Positions 12,301 to 24,223 of a stretch of 46,561 nt of DNA are shown here, piece after piece (position 1 is the stretch's first letter; the number at the start of each line of letters is the position of its first letter). A program made the position numbers and the translations under genes. The notes under the pieces were generated by a model. It saw nothing but the letters and a program-made list of their open reading frames with translations, had not been told where the DNA came from and did no database searches. The DNA is from Nemertoderma westbladi. Lineage: Eukaryota > Animalia > Xenacoelomorpha. The stretch covers positions 1 to 46,561 of the forward strand of contig JAUCBJ010007548.1 of the NCBI GenBank assembly GCA_032718475.1. Direction: 5' to 3'.

Positions 12301-15057
12301 CACTTCCTTAGAGAATGCCTCTCGGTTGTCCTCTGCAGTGGTACGCACTACCGAACAGGCGTTGGAAGGGCTTGAGATTATCCCGAAGGCCTGGATGGTC
12401 ATCCAGTACTCCACCGGTTTCTGGTTGAGATCTCCTTCGGGCCACCACAGAAATCGTAGACTATCTCGATCCCTATCTAGCACCTTGACTTGTAAGAACA
12501 TGCCTTCTATATCGGAGGCGAAAGCAATCGAATATTGTCTCAATCTTAAAAGAATTCCCAACAAAGATTGAAGCAAGTTGGGTCCGGGTAACAATTCAGA
12601 GTTAAGGGATTGACCCATGTAAAGAGCGGAGCCATCAAACACTACTCTCACTTCGTGTGGCTTACCGGGTTTAGGAACGTAATGGTGAGTTAAGTAATAC
12701 GTTCTTTCAGTCACAGGTGTTTCTTCCGGTACTCTCTCCGCGTATCCCTTACTAATAAATTTTTCCAGCTGTGTTTGATACATTGCTTTAGCTGAAGAAT
12801 TAGCCGTAAGGCGTCGATGGAGTTGCGCGATTCTTTTTTCCGCCAAAGGTCTGTTATTGATGAACTTCGGTTCTCTCTTGCGAAAAGGTAAACCGACTTC
12901 GTACCTTCCTTGATCTTTGAGGAAACGTGTAGTTGTCTCTTGGATCTGCTTGGCCCTTTCCTCTTCCACCGACAAGGCTTTATCGTAGGAATTGGGCTCT
13001 ACCGCCTCTTGCGTAAAGAATCGTACAGCATGCTCATCTCGAGTCTTGGCATTGCAATGCTCAATGACGTCATTTAACTCGTCGTTATAAGCTTCTCGTT
13101 CAGATGGATAGAGAAGTTGACATAAGTTAACTTGGTTTTGCCAAGCCTCGTTTTCCTTAAGGAGATCGATGGTATTCTCCTCATCAAAAAGCTGGTGAAC
13201 GTCGTCGTTATCTGAGGAGTATGGAATTCCCTCAGTTGAATCGTCTCCCTCACTAGCATCATCTTCCCATTCACTCACCTGGCAGACTCTCTCTTGCAGT
13301 AGTCTTTCTCTGAGTGTTCTACGGGAAGGGCCAGTAAAGTACCAACCTACTCTAGTTCTTAACGCATAGGTCTGTAGGGGCTGCGGTTGAGCAGGCCGTT
13401 TCTCTAATGTCTCCAGCGCCTCATGCGCGTTTTGGCCAATGAGTATTTGCACTCCAGGATAATCAGTCTGGAATCGAGGTATGTTAAGATGTTGAATGCT
13501 CTCATCCTCGTCCCAATTATAAAGGTCTGCTTGAGTAGTAGCGAAGTTCTTTATAGCCACCATTTTCACTGACCTTATGCTATGTTCTCCTAGTTCGTCC
13601 TGGGGGGTGGACAACGCTCCTACATAATAATCCGCTGTGATTGTAGATTTCCAAACTTGCATAATGCCGGACATGTTGAGCTTAGTTTGGAACTTGGGTT
13701 GTCCAGCAAATATATCTTCGGCTAGCTCTTTGTCGATGAATGTTCCTGTGCTGCCGGAGTCCAGGAGGGCGTTCACTACATAACTCCGTTTAGGTCCGTG
13801 AACCCTTACCTGCACCACAGGAAACTCTCGGATCCCTACATTGGAAGATGGCTCTTTCCAAGATGGTTGTCGTTCAGAAGTAGTTAGAGTGAAGTCGTTG
13901 TCTGTATCCTTTTCATAGGTGAGTGCTCGATACACTGCGGTATTTATCATGTAACAGGATTCATTTTCGTCGGAGAACTCGTCTGTATAGAATCCTTCCA
14001 TCTCAGATTGATCAGTGTCGTTCACATCACTGAATTGGACATGTAGCTCGGAATCACTTACCTGATTCGGACTATTTCGATCGAATTCAGCGTGCAACAA
14101 GATATGATGTTTCGCACCACACTTTGCACACCTTATGTCAGAGAAACAGGTACGCCGTTGGTGTCCTTGTCTGAGGCAATTATAACATAACCGCTTATCC
14201 CACATGACTTCGCGTCTCTCCGTTAATGACTTCTTCAGGAATTCATCACACATATTCAAACGGTGGGTCCCGTCACACAGCGCACATTTCGGTTTGATGT
14301 TACTTACCTTATTTTGAGTCACATTGTGTACACTTGCCCTTTCTTCGGGCTTTCTCACCGGAATTCTCTTGGGAGACGTGGGAGGAGTTTTTCTTACCTG
14401 TTCTCTCCTGTCATTTGCTCGAGACTTGAATTTACTTACCTGATCTTTAGGCATTTTATTGACATAATAAGATCTATCAGTGTCTTTCCCGCTATCTTCT
14501 CCTTGAGAAGTCTGGCTTTCGCCGTCGTCTGTATAACACACTGGTGTTACCTTTCTCCTAGAGACGGGTTTTTCACTTACCTTGTTTTCCGGTGTCTTCT
14601 CTCGGGACTGCTTGAGGAGTTGCAATTTCACTTCTCCATCCAAGAATGACATGAGATCAGCCATGGTAGGGTCTCGTCGTTGTTGTTCCATCATATATAG
14701 TACTTTCTTATCCCAGCGTGTGCCTACCCCACCTTTCGGTAAAGTAGAAGCCACAGCTCCAATGACCATAGAACTTTGGTATTCATGAGACTTACCTAAC
14801 CAATCTAATTGTCTACAGATCTCTTGAATCTCATCGGAAAACTCTATTATCCCACTGCTGATGAACTTTCTGGGCGCTACTAATTTTGCATATAAATACT
14901 TAGCGATATTATTCCTATTACCATACCTGATGTTTAGTGTGTCCCAAACTTGTCTTAATCCGTCTGGATGTCCAATAAACTTTAACGCCATTAACTTGGG
15001 AGATCCTTCCAAGCACTCGATGAGGTATCTAAGTTTTTCTCCATTAGATAGTACAGA
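9391..15057 (-). pseudogene. BEL/Pao gag-pol, C-terminal part (Gag Zn knuckles, protease, RT, RNase H, integrase); one frame with three in-frame TGA stops
   Basis: Triple knuckle CALCDGTHRLNMC / CYNCLRQGHQRRTC / CAKCGAKHHILLH; protease LLDSGS; RT YMDD; RNase H LHVFGDASD, PRAELKAA, WTDA; integrase H-H-C-C, TGVDLFGP, SDDGTNF, PWWGGSWERL. ORFs 12181..15012, 10243..12102, 9841..10212 and 9391..9792 share one frame. Confidence 0.95.
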
Positions 15058-16554
15058 CCCGGGTTGAGATTCTTAGTATATTTCCTAAGTTCTAAACAAG
15101 TCTGCTTAGAAAGGCTTAGAACGCTTAGCAACGCTGGTGCAAAGGGTGAGTAAAGTACTTAACAAATTTTCCAATTTCATAAAAATGACATTGCAAGTTT
15201 ATAATGTTTAGTAAGTTGTTGCTATGTGACTGACAAGTATTACAGGATATATAAACGTGCTTTATATGTAACCGATGATATATGCAAGCACTTTGCAAGT
15301 GTAATGAACTAATAACATGCGCATTACAAATCTAGCATATATCTGTAACCTATATATTCCCGGCACTAGTTCGAACCTGCGTCGCAAATTTTTTTAAGTA
15401 ATAATTATTTTTGAAAAATAAATGTTGTGGGAAGAGTGGCGGTTAGCTTTCGAATGAAAGTAAATGATGACCCCCCCCCCCCCCCTCTGAGACAAGAGAA
15501 ACAACACACGGAACATCATAGTGAGTGATGTACTGTATGCTATGCACTTGTGTTTGGTTTGATACTCTTTGTTGCAACCCCCCCCCCCCTCCCCTATGAC
15601 ATATGTAAACAAATTAATACCGAGACTCAATGTTTTTAATATAAACAACATATAAACAAACATATTATTACTGTACGTTACATACACATCAGATCTAAAC
15701 GCGTAAATACTGTAGGTCTACACTAAAACACAGTTACGTCGGAAAAATTTATCCAAAAAGTTCAAAAATGGTATTCCTCATTTCTGTTTATGCAATAATA
15801 CTATTTAATTCAAATTTGTAATCTTATCAAGCGCTACAGTAGATTACGATTTGAGCACGAAATAAAATAGAAAATTTATCACCCGTCATATAAAGTTACC
15901 AATAACATCATCATATTATATTATAACTATATGGATTGCAGCAATTGTATTTTGAACATTAGGGTTAACTTTTCCCAACGAAAATAGTGGTTCAATGAAT
16001 ACATTAAAATTAGAAATACATACACAGAAACATTAAAAATGATTTTAGACATGTTCAAAATCATTAATACAAGGAATTCCAAATAATGAAGTGCTACGGC
16101 TACCATTCATAGTACTGGTATTGTAGATATAGATATAAGGTTATTATTGAGATTAGATGCAGGATAACTAGCGGTTCATTGTGGTGGTCCAGTTGAATTT
16201 TAGAGCATTTTTTTTACAATTTCGTTACCGGTACTACCCGGTGTCTGTGAGAAAAGACGGTTTCCTTGGGAAAATGTCTGGAAAACACAGAATAAAAAAT
16301 CAGGGAAAATATTTTTAAAGTAGGCCTACTTTTTTATCTTCATTTTGTTATTTTTTATTGGGAGCTGCCGCTCCCATACCCCAGACCCCCGTTTAGTACA
16401 ATGAAACAGCTTTAACAATAATATAATATAAAGCAAAATTACAATTAATATTATACTCTGAGAGTTTTACAAGAACCTACAGTAACTATAATGCCAAATA
16501 GATAACACAGATACAAATAAGAGAAAGCACAACACAACATAGTTTACAGATTCA

Positions 16555-17150
16555 GTTTACAGCGTCAGACGAGTGGAGTGATCGGCAATCCATCCTCCGT
16601 ACCCAGACCACTGTGCCACTATAGCCTCGACTCCCTGATGCAATGAGAAGCCCCTCGAACTATGGCGAACTGCACACGGCGGCGAACCCACTCCATGACG
16701 GTGCTATAAGGTCTGTCCCAGTTGTGGTGTAACCTATCAGCGAAGATACTCGGGAGCTTGTTGGCATGCGGTGCCAGAACTCCATTCTACGGAGAGACAA
16801 GAGACTACGAAGGGTGCAAAAGTCCGCTCTCCTCTGTCTCGCTGGTTCCACATATAGTGCGGTTTTAGCGTCCTCCACAGATTCTAGGACCCTCATCGGG
16901 GGGCGTCCCGCATATGGCTCGGCGTCATCGGTTTACGACCCTGATATCTAACAACGCCTGAGTCTGCCGGTTGAATGCCCCCCGAACTCATACATCACAC
17001 CAAGTCCTGCCTCTCCACTTAATCCAGGCTGGTCTCTGACTATGGGTTCCGACTGTCACGTTTCGTGGTCCAAATGCTAGAGAGGCCAGATCCCCAACAA
17101 CATCACGGAGTTCAATATATGTCTTTGGATTATGAGGCCTTTTTTAAATT
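16555..17150 (-). pseudogene. 3' fragment of an RLE-clade non-LTR retrotransposon (HERO/CRE-like restriction-like endonuclease)
   Basis: Frameshifted translation gives KKGLIIQRH..ELRDVVGDLA, EPIV, VRG..RQTQALLDIRV, WDRPYSTVMEWVRRRVQFAIVRGASHCIRESR, typical of HERO/CRE C-termini. Confidence 0.75.
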
Positions 17151-17697
17151 CCAATTCTTCCAAAGTCAATTGTTATTAATCAAATTTCACTAACATTCAA
17201 ATAACTTGAATTTTAATTGTATCAATTAGGCATTAATTCAATTAAATTGTCAATTAGCAACAATCGGACAATTAGGCAAACCATAAATATTTCATTAACG
17301 ATATAGACAGTACAAACAAAACAAATAAACAATAAACAAAACAAGTATACAAAAGGCACTAAACAATTAAAGATTACAAAACTCTATAAATAATAACAAA
17401 ATTAAAGAGTACAAAATACAATAAACAATTGAATTGAAGTAAACAAACAGCAATAAAGCTACCAGTATAAATTAAAGTAACAAAACGCTATACACTATTT
17501 ATTAAAGTAAGCAAAACTCATTAAACAATTAAACGTAAATAAAGAAAACTCAATAAACGCAACTCTGCAGTTCAGCAGTAGGCCTACTGACCACAAAATG
17601 ACTGAATGAGTCATTTATTGGCGGTGGATCATGTGACTGATTTTTAATTGCAATGCGTGTCAAGCACCACTAAAGTTCTTATTAAATTTTTGTCAAG

Positions 17698-17837
17698 TTA
17701 TAAAGTCAACGAAAGTATGTTCTAGGTATACAAAATTTGTTAAAAATTTGCTAAGTGCATTGCATGATTATAAAGTCATCGAAATTATATTCTAGGTATA
17801 CAAAATTTGTTAAGAATTTGTTAAGTGCATTGCATGA
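17698..17837. repeat. Two-copy 70-bp subterminal tandem repeat in the CMC-like element
   Basis: TTATAAAGTCA.CGAAA.TAT.TTCTAGGTATACAAAATTTG...GCATTGCATGA occurs twice. Confidence 0.8.
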
Positions 17838-18008
17838 TAAGTGCCCACCCAAATATTTCTTAAAATCTATACTGTACTTGGCAAGTATTTTTTAATTCCT
17901 TAACAAATAATGCAAAATGTGGTAATTGTAAAAATTTAGTAAAATTATCATGCCAGTACCTTGCCATTAGGTAGTACTTTACTAATATGATAAGATTCTC
18001 AACCCGGG

Positions 18009-19570
18009 GAGTTCTGTATGTTATCTTTGTAATATTCATTAAAAGGTAACCATTTCATCTCATCTCCATTGAATTTGACTATCTCTCCCACCTTCACCGC
18101 TTGACGGGCTTCGGTTCTAGCCATTTGACGCGTAAAACTTTCTTGGGCCATCGTGTTATTTAATATCGAGTTATCGGTATATAAATTTCTCGGATTATGA
18201 TCAGGTCTATAGGGAATGTCATTATCAACAGGTCTATAATTACCCTTAATAGGGTTCACTATAGGAGTTTCTACTTCGCTAGCAGTATAGATGCGTGTAG
18301 GCTCCACACCTTGCGCATGAGATATTTCAGACCTAACAGGTTGACACATTGTTACAGGGGGTGGTGGTATACCCTTTTGTAAATTTACTAATTTATCGCG
18401 TTCTAGCGCGATATTTTGCTGCACTTCTTGCAACTCTAGCCTACTTTCCCTTACTGTGCCCTTTAACTGTTGAACAGTCCCTTCTAACTCTCGGACCTGT
18501 TGAGAGGAGCGTGCTTGATTCTCCTCCATCTTTCCGAGGAGAATGTCCATCCCCCGCCGTCTCTCGTCCACCCAATCAACCGCCGAAACGGGATCCGCCA
18601 ACGTCGTAGCGGGCAGACGAGGGACAACGGGCGACAAATCAGTAATATTTCGCTCGGGGTCCAGGACCTGAACTGTCTTCTGGGCAGTTCTACTGGGCAC
18701 AGGTAGCTTAGTGCTATGCAGAGGGAATGTAGAGGTAGCTTCAGGGAGCACAGGTGTGTCTATCACCGAAGGGGTGATTTCAATAACAGGCCTAATTATT
18801 TCAGGCTCATCTACTATAGTAGGGAGTCTTTCTATTTTAATTATTTGGTCTGTGGGTTCTGTACTGCCTAAGTCGGTGTTATTTAGTTGCCTTCTAACAG
18901 CTGGAGGCAAATCAGGCAATTTCTGACGGTGGAATGTTCTTTAACGTCTGCTTAGACGAGATCTATTTCATTTGCCTTCAGTATCGGTGGTATCGCCTTC
19001 TTCAGATGATGTATATCCCTGTCTTTTGGGAGTAGATCGATTCATCATTTGCATATTACTAGCTGTTAACTGTTTACTGAAGTCGTCTTGCTTCTCTTGA
19101 AGATTTTCCAACTCCAGTTGGGTGATCTCTTCAGCCGCTCTCTGTTCTGCTTCCGCCACCGCTGCCGCTTTTGCCTCTGCCGCTGCCGCTTTTGCCTCTG
19201 CCGCTGTCGCTTTTGCCTTTGCCTCGGCTTCTGCTGCTGCCGCTTTTGCCTCTGCCGCTGCTTCTGCCAAGGTCGCCTTTCTTTCTGCCTCTGCCACTGC
19301 TGCTATCTTTCTGTCTTCTATACGTTTTTTCCTTACTTGTTCTTCCTTTTCTCTAGCGATGTGGAGTTGTTCATCGAATTTAGCTTGGTTCGCCGCTAAC
19401 CTATCTACATCTATTGCATCCAACACACGCTGGGCTCCTTCACTATTAGGGCTAAGTCCATCTAGCCTTCTCCTCAACTCTTCATCTCCCAAAAAACGCT
19501 GATAGTCTGACAGATAGATGTCAATGGCATCCTTCTTATGCTTTCCACTGAGCTGCTCCTTGAACCTGGC
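18009..19570 (-). pseudogene. BEL gag N-terminal part of copy B (Ala-rich coiled coil, start of DUF1759-like region)
   Basis: ORFs 18968..19492 and 17999..18919 are in one frame, separated by TGA (18968) and TAA (18941), which are GGA and AAA in copy A. KFNGDEMKWLPFNEYY resembles the BEL gag motif. Confidence 0.85.
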
Positions 19571-20396
19571 GACTCACCCGTTGAAACCAAGTCTTTACGG
19601 CAACTTGCAACGACGTGTCTTGTCTTCGTTTAGAAGCCTCCTCAAAGGCCGATAATATTAACCTGATTCGTAGAATTCTTTCTCTTACTTGATAAAGCAG
19701 CTGTCCCTGCTCTTGAGGTCCTTGAGGTTGTTGTAACAGTTGTTTTTCTACTCGCTCCATAGAGCTGAAGAATCCCTGTGCGTATCCGGCTGCGGACCTC
19801 TTCCACACAGCTGGATCTATGGTTTCCTCGGCTACTCCCATCCGGTGTATGTCTTCCCAGGCAGCTTCGGATAAATCAAACGGGAGTCCGGGTCCGGGAA
19901 AGTTCCATTGCGACTCGACCATGGACTTCAGTTCTTCCCTTGTGTATCCAGCATAACTATCTCTAGTTGAACGCTGGCTTCTCGCCCAATCGATCTGGTG
20001 TTCTTCCACAGCGATCAATAATCTAGTGAGTACGGCTGCAGGAAGGATGAGAAGGGGATCTGAATAAGCCTCATCCGTCATCCTTGCTCCGCGTTCGGGT
20101 GTCAGTTCTACCGTATCTTCACTACTGGAGCTGTCGGGCCGCTGAGAAATAAGTTCTTGGCTCGCGGGTTGTTGCTGTTCCGCTGCTTCTTGGTTGCGCT
20201 TGACCTGAGCTCGAGTGCCTATGACAGACCTACGATGTTGGACCAGCCTAGGTTCTTTTATTACTACTGGAGGGATGACCTTCCTCACAGTGGGAGGTGA
20301 ACTGAACTTACGACCAGACGGTTCTACGTCTCTATCTGAGTCGCAGATAGTTACATCTAATAAACTGTCTGACAGGTTCTGCTTAGTATCAGACAT
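19536..20396 (-). CDS. Upstream ORF (ORF0 or gag N-terminal extension) of BEL copy B, 286 aa, function unknown
   Basis: ATG-initiated, conserved with copy A, and out of frame with the downstream gag. Confidence 0.6.
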   Translation of the reverse strand: MSDTKQNLSDSLLDVTICDSDRDVEPSGRKFSSPPTVRKVIPPVVIKEPRLVQHRRSVIGTRAQVKRNQEAAEQQQPASQELISQRPDSSSSEDTVELTPERGARMTDEAYSDPLLILPAAVLTRLLIAVEEHQIDWARSQRSTRDSYAGYTREELKSMVESQWNFPGPGLPFDLSEAAWEDIHRMGVAEETIDPAVWKRSAAGYAQGFFSSMERVEKQLLQQPQGPQEQGQLLYQVRERILRIRLILSAFEEASKRRQDTSLQVAVKTWFQRVSRQVQGAAQWKA

Positions 20397-21715
20397 GTCT
20401 ATGTATACCGTTGAATGTCTACTGCTGTATTACAGTCTGAGCAAGTTTAGTAACTCAGTATTAACTGCTAGCCTAGTAATTAATTACCGATACTGCTACT
20501 CAGTGTAGTAGTATATATATATAATATATTAGAACACCGGTATGCTTATGGTATATATAACTATATAAGTATTATTACAGACTAGGTTTATCTCAGAATA
20601 CCGGTATAATTTTAGCACAAATATATAAATATATAATAGGCCTATCGGGAATACCGATATACAGCTTACAGTTTGTAGTATATATAATTCTGGAATAGAA
20701 TTAATTACAAGTACCGGTATAATTTCAGCCTAGATTTATAGAAATAAAGATAATAGGCCTATCGTAAATACCGGTATATCAATTATTTTAAATAATTGAA
20801 TTTCTGAATTTTTAGGGTTACTTGGTTACTTTACTTACTTTATTACCGCTATTTGAGCAGTAGTCCAACTGATATTGAGACCTAATTGTTGTATGGCAGG
20901 CCTACTATTTATAAATCGTTTGAGTTGATTTATAATATATATATACCCGTTTTAATGGGTTTTGTCAATGTTTGAAATAAATGTTATTATTTCTGGGGAG
21001 TAATCACTACACAAAGCTGTGCGCTTTCAGTTAAGTGTTACTTATAGGACACTAAAACAAATAATGCTAATTTACCTAAGTTACTTAATACTACAAATTA
21101 CGTACAATTCGGGTGAGATTACAATCTCTAAATAAACACAAAAATTTACAAAAAACACAAAATACGAATTTTTAGGGTAATTTTACAAGAAGTCTACAAA
21201 CCAGCCTAACAAAGGGTTAGAAATCTGGTTATTACAACGGACAGGGTTCTACGGTATTTGAAAATAATACGTAGTAGTAAGTACACTGCGTTGTCCAGAT
21301 AGGAAAATACCACCGCCTGACGACCTATAGCCGTATCGCTACAGGTACTACGTTATGTATCACGGAGTGTTCCCACCTAGAAGTTAATAGAGCTAATCGA
21401 AAGTGCCTATCAACCACTTTACAACACGAATATAATGCCTACACTAATTACTTTCAGAAAGCACTGTACACTAAACCCTAAATTAGGTACGAGTACTTGT
21501 ATAACATATAATCAGTAGTTAAATATACTTGAACAGCTAAAAGAACCACGGCATCTGCTGGAGTGACCGATGCACAAAATCACCAGTCTTTACCTACGCC
21601 AAGCAGCCCGTGTAGTACCGGGGTTAATTTAACTATAGCGGTATGTATAACAAACACAATTACTGTAGGAAAAACTTGGGGAATGAATGTTGCGAATAAT
21701 CGCATAAACTCTGAA

Positions 21716-22290
21716 TAATAAATATTACGCTACGCGTACAAACTACTCAAACAAAATGCAGACCGAACACTGACAGACTACTATCAAGCCTAAACAAACT
21801 ACGGTATATGCAGACTCCGAAATAATTAGGTAGTATGCGTTCTAACCCAGTAGTACGACTTATTCTTTAGTTGGGGGTTTACCTTACAGCATTCGCTGCC
21901 CCTACTTCCTAACCGTTCTTTATCGGACAAGTGATCTACACACGCTGCAATCCGTTCAGACCTAATAACAGCCAGACAACTATCCAGCCTACAAATTATC
22001 TAAATAAATATTATACGCTACCCGTACAGACTTACACAAACAAAGTACAGACTCAACGATGGCAGACTACTCTCAAGCCTAAATAAACTACAGGACATGC
22101 AGACTCCGAAATAATTAGGTAGTATGCGTTCTAACCCAGTAGTACGACTTATTCTTTAATTGGGGGTTTACCTTACAGCATTCGCTGCCCCTACTTCCTA
22201 ACCGTTCTTTATCGGACAGATGATCTACACACACTGCAATCCGTTCAGACTTAACAACAATCAGACAACAGCTCAGCCTACAAATTGTCT
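21716..22290. repeat. Two-copy ~290-bp tandem repeat in the copy B leader
   Basis: CAGACTCCGAAATAATTAGGTAGTATGCGTTCTAACCCAGTAG at ~21811 and ~22100. Confidence 0.8.
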
Positions 22291-22639
22291 GTACAATCTG
22301 ATCAGGCTTACACGCCTTCTGTTCAATACTGGCCTACAAACAAATAAAACTTGACAGAAATAAGTAAAATCTCAATAAAAACCAGGCGTCCCCGATTAAT
22401 TATTAAGACCTACCGGCATATATAATCAAATCGAATAATACTGCTGTACTTATACGGGAAGTACCGGTTAGGACAGTTAGGCCTACCGACCTACTGAAGT
22501 ACCGGTTCTGGCAGTTGGACCTACGGGCCTACGGCAGTACCGGTTCTGGCAGTTGGGCCTACTGACCAACAGATGGACCGTTCAGGTTTACTGGTTGACC
22601 GGTACTTTCAACTTTATTGCTTACTGCAATAAAGAAGCT

Positions 22640-22793
22640 ATATCCGTTATTGTTCTTACCAGAACAATATTAAACTGTATTTAATGCCTACACTGCAATA
22701 CAGACTAAATATCCGTTATTGTTCTTACCAGAACAATATTAAACTGTATTTAATGCCTACACTGCAATACAGACTAAATATCCGTTATTGTTC
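22640..22793 (-). repeat. 69-bp tandem repeat giving three copies of the PBS/LTR-end motif in copy B
   Basis: ATATCCGTTATTGTTC at 22640, 22709 and 22778; copy A has it only once. Confidence 0.9.
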
Positions 22794-23973
22794 GCGCTTT
22801 CAGACCTTTGGCAGTTTAACCCGCCAAATTAGGATGTCTTCTAGATAATAAATCACCTTTAGTCTATGACAAGTATTTAATTCACTACACTAGTCGAAAG
22901 CAATCTGTGCGCGATCATTCACCCGCTGGATATACCCGGGAGATTGGGTTCGACGGCTTAATCTTATTGCTATGTAAGCCTAATGTATTATTCGACTGAC
23001 AGTATTATATAATCTCTGACAATATTATTCACCTTCGGGAAATATTAACAGTTCCTTTAGGACGTGGCGCTTTATCTATACAAACAGAGTTATGACTTAA
23101 ACTACTCACAACGATATGGCTTAGTTATAATTCACATATATGGCGCATTCTTTAGGAAATGCTTCGTTATCAGTCTCACTCATACACAATGCTGCACAAT
23201 ACTGCACACTGATCTGCCGATCTTCACTGATTTTAGTCACATATAAAAGGAACACGGACCGAATCATGTAGGGTCTATCAAATAACATTAGATTCACTTC
23301 AAACCACTTTAACATAAGTCACAATCGTTATATGTAACCTTTCTCTCTTACCTTCGGTATATCAAGAATATTGGGTTTCGGGTTATTTCTCGTTATTCCA
23401 AATATAATAACTCATCAACCATATTATGAAGAACTGACAGGAAATAGCAGTATAACAATATAAAGTATTCACAGGTTGTTTGATTAGGTATGGTATGTTA
23501 TGAGTTGAGTTGAGGTATGATAACGGATATATGTCCTTATAATTAAGCCTACTAGTGTAAGACTAAAAACTGAAAACACGGAGGTGCCAAAAGCCGGTTC
23601 TTAGGCTCTGGGCAAAAACATAATACTGAACTACTGAGTTTCTGTATACACCTCCAACACAGAGACAACAAACGCTCTGATTGGTCAACCTGAACAACGA
23701 GAGAACAAAGAAACAAAGAAACGTCGACGTGGCAATATCAGCTGCTAGCCGTCGTCATGGTAGCGACACTGTTTTCAAAAGTATCCAGCTATTGCGTCAC
23801 GAGATTGTGGATTATGTCCTCTAAAGTACAAATACAGTACAAATACATAAGAAATGACTTTTATGTCCTCTAAAACACCAGTACAGCAAGGACACGGCCT
23901 TTTTATGCCTGGCAAACCAACTACAGAGTACTTTAAGGGAAAATAACCGGCTAATTACGCAAAAGCTTTTACA
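22789..23973 (-). repeat. 5' LTR of copy B
   Basis: 1185-bp direct repeat of 5193-6377. Contains a sense CCAAT box (~23680) and a CRE-like TGACGCA (~23795). Confidence 0.95.
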
Positions 23974-23978
23974 ATATC

Positions 23979-24223
23979 AGCTGTTAACCGTCGTCATAGT
24001 AACTACTGTTCAAGAGTAGCTATCACCCTTTGCGTCACGGAATTGCCATAGAATCATCAACTATGCCTTCCACAGTACACATACGGAGGAAATAGCTCTT
24101 AGATCCTCTAAAAAACACCGATACAGCAATAATACGGTCTCTTACACCTATTAAATCAACTACAGAGTATTTTAGTGTAAAAAATAATAAAAATAACGGG
24201 GCAATTCAGCAAAGGCTTTTACA
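23979..24223 (-). repeat. 5'-most (U3) remainder of the copy A 5' LTR
   Basis: Diverged homolog of 23740-23973, ending ...GCTTTTACA; joins 5192 across the ATATC TSD. Confidence 0.85.

Larger units (their letters stand above)
15058..18008. mobile_element. Non-autonomous DNA transposon, CMC/EnSpm-like (CCC...GGG ends, 2-bp TSD), inserted in BEL gag
   Basis: TIR CCCGGGTTGAGA(T/A)TCTTA; TSD GA at 15056-57 and 18009-10. Removing it restores gag in frame (IQNSVLSNGEKLRYL). Confidence 0.85.
5193..23973 (-). mobile_element. Full-length BEL/Pao LTR retrotransposon copy B
   Basis: Two 1185-bp TG...CA LTRs; 5-bp TSD ATATC at 5188-5192 and 23974-23978; PPT; gag-PR-RT-RH-IN order with BEL/Pao signatures. 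Confidence 0.96.

Noticed and set aside
11966-12571. Plus-strand ORFs overlapping gag-pol (also 890..1198, 14263..14649, 19088..19502)
   Set aside because: Antisense shadows of coding or low-complexity sequence.
9841-18970. TGA recoding or readthrough, since four in-frame stops are TGA
   Set aside because: Copy A has GGA at one of these positions, a TAA stop also occurs, and CGA>TGA decay is a sufficient explanation for others.
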